DNA of 64,000 bases. Origin: Escherichia coli. Its GTDB lineage: Bacteria > Pseudomonadota > Gammaproteobacteria > Enterobacterales > Enterobacteriaceae. Shown here piece by piece: positions 43,198 through 52,402 of the stretch. Below the pieces are notes generated by a model. The model searched no databases, was not told the origin of the DNA, and was given only the letters and a program-made list of their open reading frames with translations. Within the stretch, counting starts at the first letter, position 1. Each line of letters begins with the position of its first letter. A program made the translations under genes and the position numbers. The stretch is from assembly GCF_048403405.1 (NCBI RefSeq), contig NZ_CP183129.1; one strand, 5' to 3'.

Positions 43198-43650
43198 CTA
43201 ACGCTCAAGGTGAGTCAGGATAATCTCTTCAATCATCTGCACATCCTCACCGGTAAAGCTGAGCAGAGGACGCGCCGGATAATCAATTTTCTTACCGTCT
43301 TTCCGGGTTTCTTCCGACAGACCGAACTGATGCACACTGGCGATTTTCGGCGACTTCCCGCCGTAAAATTCCATTGATGCCTGTTCCGGGCTGGCGCGGA
43401 TATGCAAAAAACGACTGGTGATAAGTTTCGCAAACATTTTTCGCTTAACACGACCGGTCTTTTTTCTGGCGCTCTGCTGCTGGCGTGGCGCGTAGGGTGT
43501 GCCGTCCGGGGCTTTCTGTGCCATCACCCGACGCTGCTGACTCTGCCGCAGACGCTTCGCCAGCTCTGCACTCAGCCGCCGACGCCCTGACGGTGACAGC
43601 GACTCAATCAGTCCGGTCAGCCGGTCTTCAAAACGCTTAAACTCATTCAT
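43198..43650 (-). CDS. S: Tail completion protein gpS
   Basis: 150-aa ORF MNEFKRFEDRLTGLIESLSPSGRRRLSAELAKRLRQSQQRRVMAQKAPDGTPY... P2 S. Confidence 0.92.
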   Translation of the reverse strand: MNEFKRFEDRLTGLIESLSPSGRRRLSAELAKRLRQSQQRRVMAQKAPDGTPYAPRQQQSARKKTGRVKRKMFAKLITSRFLHIRASPEQASMEFYGGKSPKIASVHQFGLSEETRKDGKKIDYPARPLLSFTGEDVQMIEEIILTHLER

Positions 43651-44110
43651 CCCACTTGCTCACCAGTTCGCCATTGATATAAAGCTCCATCGGGCGGGTG
43701 ACCGGCTCCGGCGGCGGGGGTTCCGGGATATTCTTCACATGCAGTGCGCCGTCCACCTCACTGACCAGCGTTCGCTCGGTCAGCATCAGGCTGATGCTGA
43801 TATCAAAGCTGCTGTCATTGTTGATGTCCGCATAAAACGTGAAGCCCTTTTTCTGGCCTGCGTCGGTGGTCATGATGTCGGGCTGATTTTCCCGCAGCCA
43901 CGCCAGCACCGGCACAATGAGCAGGTCAAAATCACCGGTAAAGTCGGTCACAATCACATTGAGCGTGTAACGCTTTTCGAATGACAGCGACGTCGCCAGT
44001 GTGGAGGCAATACTCCCGTTATCCACGAATATCCGCAGCATATCGGGGTTAGTTTTCAGCACCGTGACGGCATCAGTCAGCGCCCTGCGCAGGCTGTCGG
44101 GTTTGAGCAT
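43643..44110 (-). CDS. R: Tail completion protein gpR
   Basis: 155-aa ORF MLKPDSLRRALTDAVTVLKTNPDMLRIFVDNGSIAST... P2 R. Confidence 0.92.
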   Translation of the reverse strand: MLKPDSLRRALTDAVTVLKTNPDMLRIFVDNGSIASTLATSLSFEKRYTLNVIVTDFTGDFDLLIVPVLAWLRENQPDIMTTDAGQKKGFTFYADINNDSSFDISISLMLTERTLVSEVDGALHVKNIPEPPPPEPVTRPMELYINGELVSKWDE

Positions 44111-44363
44111 CGTTTTCGTCCTGACAGTGTTTAATCATTTTTACCTGGCTGGCACAGCGTGCCAGCGCGTTCTCAAGCTGCCGGATATCGGCACTTAAAT
44201 CGCCGTTCGTCTCCGGGTCACTGCCCGGCATCGGGCAAAGACTCACTTTCGGGCAGGCGTTGTGGACAATCACTGGCGTCAGTGCAGGCCGGACGCTGGT
44301 GCAACCGGCGCACAGCATCAGGCAGGTCAGCGCCATACCAGCGGCGAAAATCTTCGTTTTCAT
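44073..44363 (-). CDS. lysC: LysC, outer-membrane lipoprotein spanin (Rz1-like), embedded/overlapping
   Basis: ORF 44073..44480 was trimmed to MKTKIFAAGMALTCLMLCAGCTS, a lipobox LCAGC (96 aa). It starts inside lysB in another frame and extends into the R start. Confidence 0.8.
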   Translation of the reverse strand: MKTKIFAAGMALTCLMLCAGCTSVRPALTPVIVHNACPKVSLCPMPGSDPETNGDLSADIRQLENALARCASQVKMIKHCQDENDAQTRQPAQGAD

Positions 44364-44643
44364 TGAGTAACCTCGTGATGGTTTTCTCGCGCTGTGCTTC
44401 ACGCTTCGCGGCGTTCTCCAGTTCCTGACGCAGTGCCACCTGCGCCAGCTCGTTTTTGTCTGCCCTGGTGAGCGCAACATGAAGCTGATTTTTCAGCATG
44501 GTGATGGTCGTCTGCTGCCCGCTGGCGACGTTGTTCGCCCTGTCCAGCGAGGCGCGCAGGCTGGCATTTTTGTGTTTCACCAGAAACAGACCGGCCACCG
44601 CCAGTGATAACAACACAACCAGCACAGTCATCAGCCTTGACAT
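44218..44643 (-). CDS. lysB: LysB, inner-membrane spanin (Rz-like)
   Basis: ORF 44218..44652 was trimmed to MSRLMTVLVVLLSLAVAGLFLV (141 aa). It has an N-terminal TM anchor followed by a coiled-coil-like region. Confidence 0.88.
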   Translation of the reverse strand: MSRLMTVLVVLLSLAVAGLFLVKHKNASLRASLDRANNVASGQQTTITMLKNQLHVALTRADKNELAQVALRQELENAAKREAQREKTITRLLNENEDFRRWYGADLPDAVRRLHQRPACTDASDCPQRLPESESLPDAGQ

Positions 44644-45056
44644 GGTTCCCACCCCTCAAAACGCTGACAGCAGGCCGTACGTATCAACCGGAAGAACACC
44701 GATGCCACAAGATAAATCAGCGCGGTAAAAATCCACCCGGCAGCGACCAGCGAGATAAACGTCGCCACCACCACTACCAGAGCCACTGCCCGTCTGCGCC
44801 ACGGCACCGGCTGCAAAAACAGCGACGTGACAATCTTCACGGCCAGCGATTCCGGCGGCAGCTCCCGTCCGTAGCGTTCCAGTACATACTCAGTGGCATA
44901 CATGCCGACACCACCGGCAACCACACAGATAACCGTCGCCAGAATCGCCCAGGTGGCGACAAAACTGACGGCCACGCTCTGCGGGTAAATCAGGGACAGT
45001 GCCAGCATCAGCGCCAGCGACACGTTCAGCATCAGTGAAAGGGATAATTTCTTCAT
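44631..45056 (-). CDS. lysA: LysA, membrane protein modulating lysis timing
   Basis: 141-aa hydrophobic ORF MKKLSLSLMLNVSLALMLALSLIYPQSVAV... P2 LysA length and position. Confidence 0.88.
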   Translation of the reverse strand: MKKLSLSLMLNVSLALMLALSLIYPQSVAVSFVATWAILATVICVVAGGVGMYATEYVLERYGRELPPESLAVKIVTSLFLQPVPWRRRAVALVVVVATFISLVAAGWIFTALIYLVASVFFRLIRTACCQRFEGWEPCQG

Positions 45057-45070
45057 GGTGTTTACTCCGT

Positions 45071-45568
45071 TTAAGCCGGTACGCCGCCAGCGGTACGCCA
45101 GACGGTGACCAGTTTTTCCAGTGAATGCTCACGCTGACCGTAACCGGCACCCGGCAGGGACGCCCAGATATTGCGACAGCGTGAAATGGCGCGTTCAATG
45201 CGTCCCGCCCGGATGTCATCCAGTGCACCGCGTTCGCGGATCAACTGAATGGCGAGTCTGTCCTGTGACAACGGACTGAAATCCGGCAGGGCAAGCTGTT
45301 TGCGGTAATGCGGCCAGAACAGGTAAAGCTGCTGATAGCGACCGGAGGCCGTTGATTTTTCACCGCGACGGTTAAACACCTTCGCCGGTCGGCCATGTGC
45401 GAACGGGTGGTCACTGTAGTCGGTGAAAATTTCCGGCTTTCCGTCCAGTCCGGTGACTATCACGTCATAGCCCCGGTTTTTCGTCAGCGGATGATTCGCC
45501 GTCCCTTCGGACACGGCCAGCATGTCGAGAAAGGCGGCGATATTCTGATGCGTGTTAATTACCGGCAT
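45071..45568 (-). CDS. K: Endolysin gpK (lambda R-like muramidase/transglycosylase)
   Basis: 165-aa ORF with FLDMLAVSEGT...GYDVIV...TDYSDHP...SGRYQ...NIWASLPGAGYGQ, closely resembling lambda R. Confidence 0.93.
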   Translation of the reverse strand: MPVINTHQNIAAFLDMLAVSEGTANHPLTKNRGYDVIVTGLDGKPEIFTDYSDHPFAHGRPAKVFNRRGEKSTASGRYQQLYLFWPHYRKQLALPDFSPLSQDRLAIQLIRERGALDDIRAGRIERAISRCRNIWASLPGAGYGQREHSLEKLVTVWRTAGGVPA

Positions 45569-45849
45569 TACGGTTTCCCCCTGCCCTTAAAGCGGCGCTG
45601 AATGGCAATCTCAATCACCTGATAACCGGCGATACCCAGCATGGAGCCGATGCCGCACACCGCAGGCAGTGACAGGTCAGGAAACTGCACCAGAACAACA
45701 CCGGCAACCATCGAGACAAAACCACCGAGTAACATGCGCCCGATAAACAGACGCGGGGTGATGGGTTCACCACCGGCAAGCACCTTGCCGACAACAATCA
45801 GCACCCCAATCATGAAAAGCGACAGGACGCTTTTTTCTTCTGCTGTCAT
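45568..45849 (-). CDS. Y: Holin gpY
   Basis: 93-aa ORF with hydrophobic segments and a basic C-terminus. Its stop overlaps the K start. Confidence 0.9.
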   Translation of the reverse strand: MTAEEKSVLSLFMIGVLIVVGKVLAGGEPITPRLFIGRMLLGGFVSMVAGVVLVQFPDLSLPAVCGIGSMLGIAGYQVIEIAIQRRFKGRGKP

Positions 45850-45852
45850 GCG

Positions 45853-46056
45853 TTACTCCCACAGATTGACAGTTTCAGCCACGGGCGCGGTCTGAACGTC
45901 GGGCAGTTCGACGGCGGTGCCGTGCGGCAGCACCGCACCCAGTTCAGCCAGTCCCGGATTTGCGGCGAGCACGGCCTCGACCACGCCCTCAGTGCGCCCG
46001 TAATACCGGACACAGATGGCGTCGAGCGTGTCGCCCTGTAGCGCAAAGGTCTTCAT
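45853..46056 (-). CDS. X: Tail protein gpX (LysM-like)
   Basis: ORF 45853..46125 was trimmed to MKTFALQGDTLDAICVRYYGRTEGVVEAVLAANPGLAELG (67 aa). P2 X. Confidence 0.9.
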   Translation of the reverse strand: MKTFALQGDTLDAICVRYYGRTEGVVEAVLAANPGLAELGAVLPHGTAVELPDVQTAPVAETVNLWE

Positions 46057-46565
46057 CAGATTTGACTCACAATGCAGCGCGGCTTGTCCTGGATTCGCGC
46101 CACTGCCCAGCGCATATCCCGCCACAGCTCATCAATGGTGCTGTCAATGCTGTCGGCCTTCTTGTCGCCTTTGGCACTGGCATCCACGCCGCGATAACGC
46201 TCATAAAGCGACGCGGTCGCCATCGCACACACGGCGCGCTCGTAGTAAAAAACTTTGATGCTTTCACCGTCGATGTCGTCCGCCGGGACTTCCGCCAGAC
46301 ACGTAAAACCGGCGGCAATTTTCTGTTCGCGGTACTCGTACAGCTCCGCATTCGTCTCCGCCATGCCTGACTTGATGGCCTCACGCAGACGGGCGGGGGC
46401 GACGGTCTGCTCAAGGCGCATACGTTCCCGGACGCGCTTCGGGTCGATATCGGGAAAAAAGAACGTGTTTTTAATCACCGGCTCGTCGCCTGCCGGTTGC
46501 GGGATGACCACCGTACCCTCACCGGACACGGGAGCCTCCTTTCGCGGAATAATCAGCGTCATCAT
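46056..46565 (-). CDS. L: Head completion/stabilisation protein gpL
   Basis: ORF 46056..46625 was trimmed to MMTLIIPRKEAPVSGEGTVVIPQPAGDEPV (169 aa). P2 L. Confidence 0.9.
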   Translation of the reverse strand: MMTLIIPRKEAPVSGEGTVVIPQPAGDEPVIKNTFFFPDIDPKRVRERMRLEQTVAPARLREAIKSGMAETNAELYEYREQKIAAGFTCLAEVPADDIDGESIKVFYYERAVCAMATASLYERYRGVDASAKGDKKADSIDSTIDELWRDMRWAVARIQDKPRCIVSQI

Positions 46566-46664
46566 GACTACCTCTGAAAAGTCGGGCGGTGGACGCCGGT
46601 GCAGTGTCAGGTGATTCACCCTCACTGACCGGCGTGCCGCCCTGGCGCGGGGCGCATTCGGTTG

Positions 46665-47408
46665 TTAACTGGCTTTCTTTTTCGGGCGTCCACGTTTTGC
46701 CGGTGTCACGCTCCGGGTCTTACGCGGGGCGCGGGTGGCCGCTTTGGGCTGCGGCTCCGGCTTCGGTTTCAGCTCCCGCTCCAGTCGTTCAATCTCTTTT
46801 TTGACGCCTGCCTGACAGTCGAGCTGTGTCGCACGTTGCAGGTGCGCCAGCGCGCCGGCGGCATCACCAGCGTCACGCAGAAACAGACCGGTGATTTTGT
46901 GCAGCTTTGCGCGCACTTCATCAGGCATGTCAGCCGTGGCGGTCAGTTCAAGGGTGTCCGTCAGCAGGCGGGGATCCACAGACTCACCGGCAGCGTGAGC
47001 GCGCATGGCCGCAAGCGCCACCTCCTCGGTGAACATGTACGGCGGGGTGCGGCGGTGTTTCCCCGGCATGGTCAGACCATACTTCAGGGCATAACGGGCA
47101 ATCTCCAGCGCACCGGCAATATCGCCGGTATCCAGACGCCACAGCATGACCGTCATCAGAATGTCATCCTGTGCACCTTTGCCCTGCTCCAGCACGCCGT
47201 TCACCCACGGCAACCAGAACGGCAGCAGTTCGCGTTTTTTCGCGGCCTTCAGCTCTTTTGAATAAATCGCTTTCAGTGTGCGCTGGTCTGCGGCCAGCTT
47301 GACCAGCATCTGCTCATAGACAGTTGCATGTCGCAGCGGGGCGGCTTCCCGCTGCGCGGTCATCGCTGCCGAGACCCGCATCATGTGGCGCTGTGCGGGA
47401 CTCGTCAT
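46665..47408 (-). CDS. M: Terminase small (endonuclease/DNA-recognition) subunit gpM
   Basis: 247-aa ORF MTSPAQRHMMRVSAAMTAQREAAPLRHATVYEQMLVKLAADQRTLK... P2 M. Confidence 0.92.
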   Translation of the reverse strand: MTSPAQRHMMRVSAAMTAQREAAPLRHATVYEQMLVKLAADQRTLKAIYSKELKAAKKRELLPFWLPWVNGVLEQGKGAQDDILMTVMLWRLDTGDIAGALEIARYALKYGLTMPGKHRRTPPYMFTEEVALAAMRAHAAGESVDPRLLTDTLELTATADMPDEVRAKLHKITGLFLRDAGDAAGALAHLQRATQLDCQAGVKKEIERLERELKPKPEPQPKAATRAPRKTRSVTPAKRGRPKKKAS

Positions 47409-47411
47409 CGG

Positions 47412-48485
47412 TTACGCTCCCGGCTCTGCGGTCGCTTTAGCCGGTGTGGAGAAATCACCGACCTTAATTTTTTCCACCAGACAACCGGCGGCGTAGTCTT
47501 CCACCACGTAATCAATGTTCATTGACTCGTAGTTCTCCACGCGGTCGAGTTTCGGGTTTTCCACAATCACGCGGCGATGGCTGTCATCCATGTAGTAGAT
47601 GGACAGGTTTTCCAGCTTCGTGATGAGCATCGCATCCGCCGGGAAGTACGGGACGCGTACCGCCGGCAGGTTGCCGATGCGTTTCTGGCTGATGATGACG
47701 TCAGCGGCCAGCATCTCGCTGTTGTCCTGCTCCTTGTTAACGATGGGGAAATACTTGTCCGCCAGTAGCTGACGCCCCACAATCACCACAAGGTCAGGGT
47801 CTTCCTGATACCACGGCTCAATCAGGTTGTTGGTCGCATCCATCACCAGTGCATCGAGGCTGGCATAATCACCACCCTTACCCACGCGGATGACCTCAGA
47901 GGTGGTGTGACCTTCCTCGTCAGTAACCTTGCTCATCACGCGCGCCGGGGCTTCATTGCGGTATTTCTGCAGCCAGCCGACCGCCACATCCTGCAGCATC
48001 GGATTGCTGCTGCGGTCAGAGGTTTCGGCACGCTTCACGCCGTTAAAACCGGCCATGATGAAATCAAGGGACTGGCGTTTGATAATGGCGTTACGGATAC
48101 GGAGCTGGAAATCCTGATAACGCGCCCACAGGTCCAGCGTTTTGTAGCGGATATAAAAATCGAAGTTAATCTGGTCGCATTCGTACTTGTTTGACGCCAG
48201 CTTCGAGAAGTCCTTCGGCTGACGCTCGGTGCCACCGGCGGTGTCGGTGGTGCTGGCGATGGAGCCGGTGACACCAATACCAATTTTTTCCCCTTTCATT
48301 TCGCTGACCGGCACAATGTTGATGCGGGTCAGAAAATCAGAGGACTCCTGCATGGTGTTCATCAGGATCTGGGTGACCGACGGTTCAACGGTGAATTTTT
48401 TCGACACATCACCGGCGTCGATGCCGTTCAGTTCGGCAACACGGGACAGGTAGGCATTAAATTTAAAGCGGGTTTCCTGGCGCAT
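47412..48485 (-). CDS. N: Major capsid protein precursor gpN
   Basis: 357-aa ORF MRQETRFKFNAYLSRVAELNGIDAGDVSKKFTVEPSVTQ... P2 N. Confidence 0.93.
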   Translation of the reverse strand: MRQETRFKFNAYLSRVAELNGIDAGDVSKKFTVEPSVTQILMNTMQESSDFLTRINIVPVSEMKGEKIGIGVTGSIASTTDTAGGTERQPKDFSKLASNKYECDQINFDFYIRYKTLDLWARYQDFQLRIRNAIIKRQSLDFIMAGFNGVKRAETSDRSSNPMLQDVAVGWLQKYRNEAPARVMSKVTDEEGHTTSEVIRVGKGGDYASLDALVMDATNNLIEPWYQEDPDLVVIVGRQLLADKYFPIVNKEQDNSEMLAADVIISQKRIGNLPAVRVPYFPADAMLITKLENLSIYYMDDSHRRVIVENPKLDRVENYESMNIDYVVEDYAAGCLVEKIKVGDFSTPAKATAEPGA

Positions 48486-48543
48486 AGTTTTTCCTGAAAT
48501 TAAGGGTTAATCGTGAAGGTTTTCCCGGACTGACTGACGCCGG

Positions 48544-49398
48544 TCAGCAGTTCGTCATCAGGGCGTCACCGCCACCGCCGGTGGCCTTGCTGCGGCGCTG
48601 CTGGGTCAGACTTTCGGTGTGGTCGAGGCTGTTTTTCAGGCGGGTGAATGCCTGGCTGGTTTCATCCGCCCTGTCAGTCACCTCCTGCTTAAGTGCGGAA
48701 AAGGCGGTTTCCATCTCAGCGAGGCGCTGCTCAGTGGCGCTCAGTTTTTCCTGCACATGTTCAGCAACAGCGGTCACCGCTTCATGCACGTCATTCAGAC
48801 GGGCGTCATCGCTGGCCTGTTTGCGGCCAAAAATGGATTTCACCTTTTCGGTCAGGGCGGTGAACACGGTTTCAGGCAGGTCTTCAAATTCCAGCTCAAC
48901 AGGCGTTGCCACTGAAATCAGGTTTTCAGGGCTTAATTTGAAGCGGTTCAGGGGGTTGTGTTTTGCCGTGCGGCAGAATTCCAGGTATTCCGTGCCGAGG
49001 CTTGCCGGGTCATCGGTGACGGCCAGACCCACCAGATAACATTTGCCGGTATTGGCAAAGTTCGGCTGAATTTCCATTGAGGTATAGACCTTCTGCGCGG
49101 CCTTGTTCATCGCGATAAGGTCATCGGTCGGGGTGATTTTCGCAAACAGCGCCCATTTGCCTTTCAGCGCCGAATCATCGTCAATCTTTTCGGCCTTCAG
49201 TTCGACCACATCGCCATAACGCTTAAAAATGCCGTCAGGCAGGATGCCGCGCAGATGTTCCAGGTTAATGCGGCAACCATAGACTCGCGGGTCAAAGGTT
49301 TCGGCCATTTCCTGAATATCCTGCGCACTGATGACACGCCCGTCACAGGTGTCACCCTCAACGCCGATACGAAAGAATTTTGAGACTTTTTTTGCCAT
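48544..49398 (-). CDS. O: Capsid scaffolding protein/protease gpO
   Basis: ORF 48544..49464 was trimmed to MAKKVSKFFRIGVEGDTCDGRVISAQDIQEMAETFDP (284 aa). P2 O. Confidence 0.92.
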   Translation of the reverse strand: MAKKVSKFFRIGVEGDTCDGRVISAQDIQEMAETFDPRVYGCRINLEHLRGILPDGIFKRYGDVVELKAEKIDDDSALKGKWALFAKITPTDDLIAMNKAAQKVYTSMEIQPNFANTGKCYLVGLAVTDDPASLGTEYLEFCRTAKHNPLNRFKLSPENLISVATPVELEFEDLPETVFTALTEKVKSIFGRKQASDDARLNDVHEAVTAVAEHVQEKLSATEQRLAEMETAFSALKQEVTDRADETSQAFTRLKNSLDHTESLTQQRRSKATGGGGDALMTNC

Positions 49399-49484
49399 TG
49401 TCAGGAGTCCTGAATAGTGATTAGAGGAGTCACATGTCGGCATCAGTTTCCCGACGATGCGCATCCTCCGCCATCAGTCCCGGA

Positions 49485-49505
49485 TGGCTTATCACTGACA
49501 CAACA
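49485..49505 (-). promoter_or_regulatory. Candidate Ogr-responsive element of late promoter PO (in the divergent P/O control region)
   Basis: The minus strand reads TGTTGTGTCAGTGATAAGCCA, about 100 nt upstream of the O ATG. Same pattern as the PF and PV candidates. Confidence 0.4.
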
Positions 49506-49571
49506 GCACCTTAGCGAATCGCAGGGCGCGACTCAGTAGCCTTGCCGTGTATTCATCACGGCGAGGTATTC

Positions 49572-51344
49572 ATGACCATCACCACAGACACCACTCTTTT
49601 ACACGACCCGCGTCGTCAGGCGGCGCTGCTGTACTGGCAGGGGTTTTCCGTGCCGCAGATTGCCGCCATGTTGCAGATGAAACGCCCGACGGTGCAGAGC
49701 TGGAAACAGCGCGACGGCTGGGACAGCGTTGCCCCCATCAGCCGTGTCGAAATGAGTCTGGAAGCGCGGCTGACCCAGCTCATCATCAAACCGCAGAAAA
49801 CCGGCGGTGACTTCAAGGAAATTGACCTGCTGGGACGCCAGATTGAACGACTGGCACGGGTCAACCGCTACAGCCAGACCGGCAACGAGGCAGACCTTAA
49901 TCCGAACGTCGCTAACCGCAACAAAGGCGGGCGGCGCAAACCGAAAAAGAATTTTTTCAGTGACGAGGCCATCGAAAAGCTGGAGCAGATTTTCTTTGAG
50001 CAGTCTTTCGAATATCAGTTGCACTGGTATCGCGCCGGGCTTGAGCACCGCATCCGCGATATCCTGAAATCCCGCCAGATTGGCGCGACGTTTTATTTTT
50101 CCCGCGAGGCGCTGCTGCGCGCCCTGAAAACCGGTCATAACCAGATTTTTCTGTCGGCCAGTAAAACGCAGGCGTATGTGTTCCGCGAATACATCATCGC
50201 CTTTGCCCGTCTGGTTGACGTTGACCTGACCGGTGACCCGATTGTCCTGGGCAATAACGGCGCAAAACTGATTTTTCTCGGCACCAACTCCAACACCGCG
50301 CAGAGCCATAACGGCGACCTGTACGTCGACGAGATTTTCTGGATCCCGAATTTTCAGGTACTGCGTAAGGTGGCATCAGGTATGGCCTCACAGAGTCACC
50401 TGCGCTCGACCTATTTCTCCACCCCGTCCACGCTGGCACACGACGCCTACCCGTTCTGGTCGGGTGAACTGTTCAACCGGGGACGCGCCAGCGCCGCCGA
50501 ACGCGTGGAAATCGACGTCAGTCATAACGCCCTTGCCGGTGGGCTTCTCTGTGCGGACGGCCAGTGGCGACAGATTGTCACCATTGAGGACGCCCTGAAA
50601 GGCGGCTGCACGCTGTTCGACATTGAGCAGCTCAAACGCGAAAACAGCGCCGACGATTTTAAAAACCTGTTCATGTGTGAATTTGTTGACGACAAGGCGT
50701 CGGTGTTCCCGTTTGAGGAGCTGCAACGCTGCATGGTCGACACGCTGGAAGAATGGGAAGACTATGCGCCGTTTGCCGCAAATCCGTTCGGCTCCCGACC
50801 GGTATGGATTGGTTACGACCCGTCACACCGTGGCGACAGCGCAGGATGCGTGGTACTGGCACCGCCGGTGGTGGCCGGTGGCAAATTCAGGATCCTTGAG
50901 CGTCACCAGTGGAAAGGCATGGACTTTGCCACTCAGGCTGAATCCATCCGCAAACTCACCGAAAAATACAACGTCGAATACATCGGTATTGATGCCACCG
51001 GCCTCGGTGTCGGCGTGTTCCAGCTCGTGCGCTCGTTCTATCCCGCCGCGCGCGACATCCGCTACACGCCGGAAATGAAAACCGCAATGGTGCTCAAGGC
51101 AAAAGACGTCATCCGCCGTGGCTGTCTGGAATATGACGTCAGCGCCACCGACATCACCAGCTCGTTTATGGCTATCCGCAAGACCATGACCAGCAGCGGA
51201 CGCAGCGCCACCTATGAGGCCAGCCGCAGCGAGGAAGCCAGCCACGCCGACCTCGCCTGGGCGACCATGCACGCCCTGTTAAATGAGCCACTCACCGCCG
51301 GTATCAGCACCCCGCTGACATCCACCATTCTGGAGTTTTACTGA
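49572..51344 (+). CDS. P: Terminase large (ATPase) subunit gpP
   Basis: ORF 49542..51344 was trimmed to MTITTDTTLLHDPRRQAALLYWQGFSVPQIAAMLQMKRPTVQSW (590 aa). P2 P. Confidence 0.93.
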   Translation: MTITTDTTLLHDPRRQAALLYWQGFSVPQIAAMLQMKRPTVQSWKQRDGWDSVAPISRVEMSLEARLTQLIIKPQKTGGDFKEIDLLGRQIERLARVNRYSQTGNEADLNPNVANRNKGGRRKPKKNFFSDEAIEKLEQIFFEQSFEYQLHWYRAGLEHRIRDILKSRQIGATFYFSREALLRALKTGHNQIFLSASKTQAYVFREYIIAFARLVDVDLTGDPIVLGNNGAKLIFLGTNSNTAQSHNGDLYVDEIFWIPNFQVLRKVASGMASQSHLRSTYFSTPSTLAHDAYPFWSGELFNRGRASAAERVEIDVSHNALAGGLLCADGQWRQIVTIEDALKGGCTLFDIEQLKRENSADDFKNLFMCEFVDDKASVFPFEELQRCMVDTLEEWEDYAPFAANPFGSRPVWIGYDPSHRGDSAGCVVLAPPVVAGGKFRILERHQWKGMDFATQAESIRKLTEKYNVEYIGIDATGLGVGVFQLVRSFYPAARDIRYTPEMKTAMVLKAKDVIRRGCLEYDVSATDITSSFMAIRKTMTSSGRSATYEASRSEEASHADLAWATMHALLNEPLTAGISTPLTSTILEFY

Positions 51345-52363
51345 TGAGCAAGAAAAAAGGGAAAACACCGCAACCTGCGGCAAAAAAAATGACCGCCAGC
51401 GCCCCGAAAATGGAGGCATTCACCTTTGGCGAGCCGGTGCCGGTACTCGACCGCCGTGACATTCTGGATTACGTCGAGTGCATCAGTAACGGCAGATGGT
51501 ATGAGCCGCCGGTCAGCTTTACCGGTCTGGCGAAAAGCCTGCGTGCTGCCGTGCATCACAGCTCGCCGATTTACGTCAAACGCAATATTCTGGCCTCGAC
51601 ATTTATCCCGCATCCGTGGCTTTCCCAGCAGGATTTCAGCCGCTTTGTGCTGGATTTTCTGGTGTTCGGTAATGCGTTTCTGGAAAAGCGTTACAGCACC
51701 ACCGGTAAGGTCATCAGACTGGAAACCTCACCGGCAAAATATACCCGCCGTGGCGTGGAGGAGGATGTTTACTGGTGGGTGCCGTCCTTCAACGAGCCGA
51801 CAGCCTTCGCGCCCGGCTCCGTGTTTCACCTGCTGGAGCCGGATATCAATCAGGAGCTGTACGGCCTGCCGGAATATCTCAGCGCCCTTAACTCTGCCTG
51901 GCTGAATGAGTCGGCCACGCTGTTCCGCCGCAAGTATTACGAAAACGGCGCTCATGCCGGATACATCATGTATGTCACCGATGCCGTGCAGGATCGCAAC
52001 GATATCGAAATGCTTCGCGAAAACATGGTGAAGTCGAAAGGCCGCAACAACTTTAAAAACCTGTTTCTCTATGCCCCACAGGGGAAAGCCGACGGCATTA
52101 AAATTATCCCCCTCAGTGAAGTGGCGACGAAGGACGATTTTTTTAATATCAAAAAAGTCAGCGCCGCAGATCTCCTGGACGCACACCGCATCCCCTTTCA
52201 GTTGATGGGCGGTAAGCCGGAGAATGTCGGGTCACTAGGAGATATTGAAAAAGTGGCAAAGGTCTTTGTCCGCAATGAACTCACTCCATTACAGGAGAGA
52301 ATAAAGTCAATAAATGAATGGTTAGATATGGAAGTCATAAAATCCCTTGATTATAACTTATAA
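51344..52363 (+). CDS. Q: Portal (capsid vertex) protein gpQ
   Basis: 339-aa ORF MSKKKGKTPQPAAKKMTASAPKMEAFTFGEPVPVLDRRDILDYVECISNGRWYEPP... Its start overlaps the P stop. The last ~30 codons switch to AT-rich composition. Confidence 0.92.
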   Translation: MSKKKGKTPQPAAKKMTASAPKMEAFTFGEPVPVLDRRDILDYVECISNGRWYEPPVSFTGLAKSLRAAVHHSSPIYVKRNILASTFIPHPWLSQQDFSRFVLDFLVFGNAFLEKRYSTTGKVIRLETSPAKYTRRGVEEDVYWWVPSFNEPTAFAPGSVFHLLEPDINQELYGLPEYLSALNSAWLNESATLFRRKYYENGAHAGYIMYVTDAVQDRNDIEMLRENMVKSKGRNNFKNLFLYAPQGKADGIKIIPLSEVATKDDFFNIKKVSAADLLDAHRIPFQLMGGKPENVGSLGDIEKVAKVFVRNELTPLQERIKSINEWLDMEVIKSLDYNL

Positions 52364-52375
52364 GTAAATATATAA

Positions 52376-52402
52376 AGTTGGCGGAATGCAATCCCGCCAA
52401 CT
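52376..52402. terminator. Bidirectional stem-loop between convergent Q and the 2-TM gene
   Basis: agttggcgg (52376..52384) / ccgccaact (52394..52402), a 9-bp perfect stem with a 9-nt loop and A/T-rich flanks. Confidence 0.55.

Noticed and set aside
27291-49464. Longer ORF-track versions of ogr, FI, V, lysB, X, L, O, P, A, C and cox (and host mukE, cmoM, ycaI, ycaL, ycaO)
   Set aside because: Upstream in-frame ATG or TTG codons extend these ORFs. The trimmed starts give the lengths and N-termini I recall for the P2 or E. coli proteins and have better SD sequences or operon coupling, so the extensions are not reported as coding.
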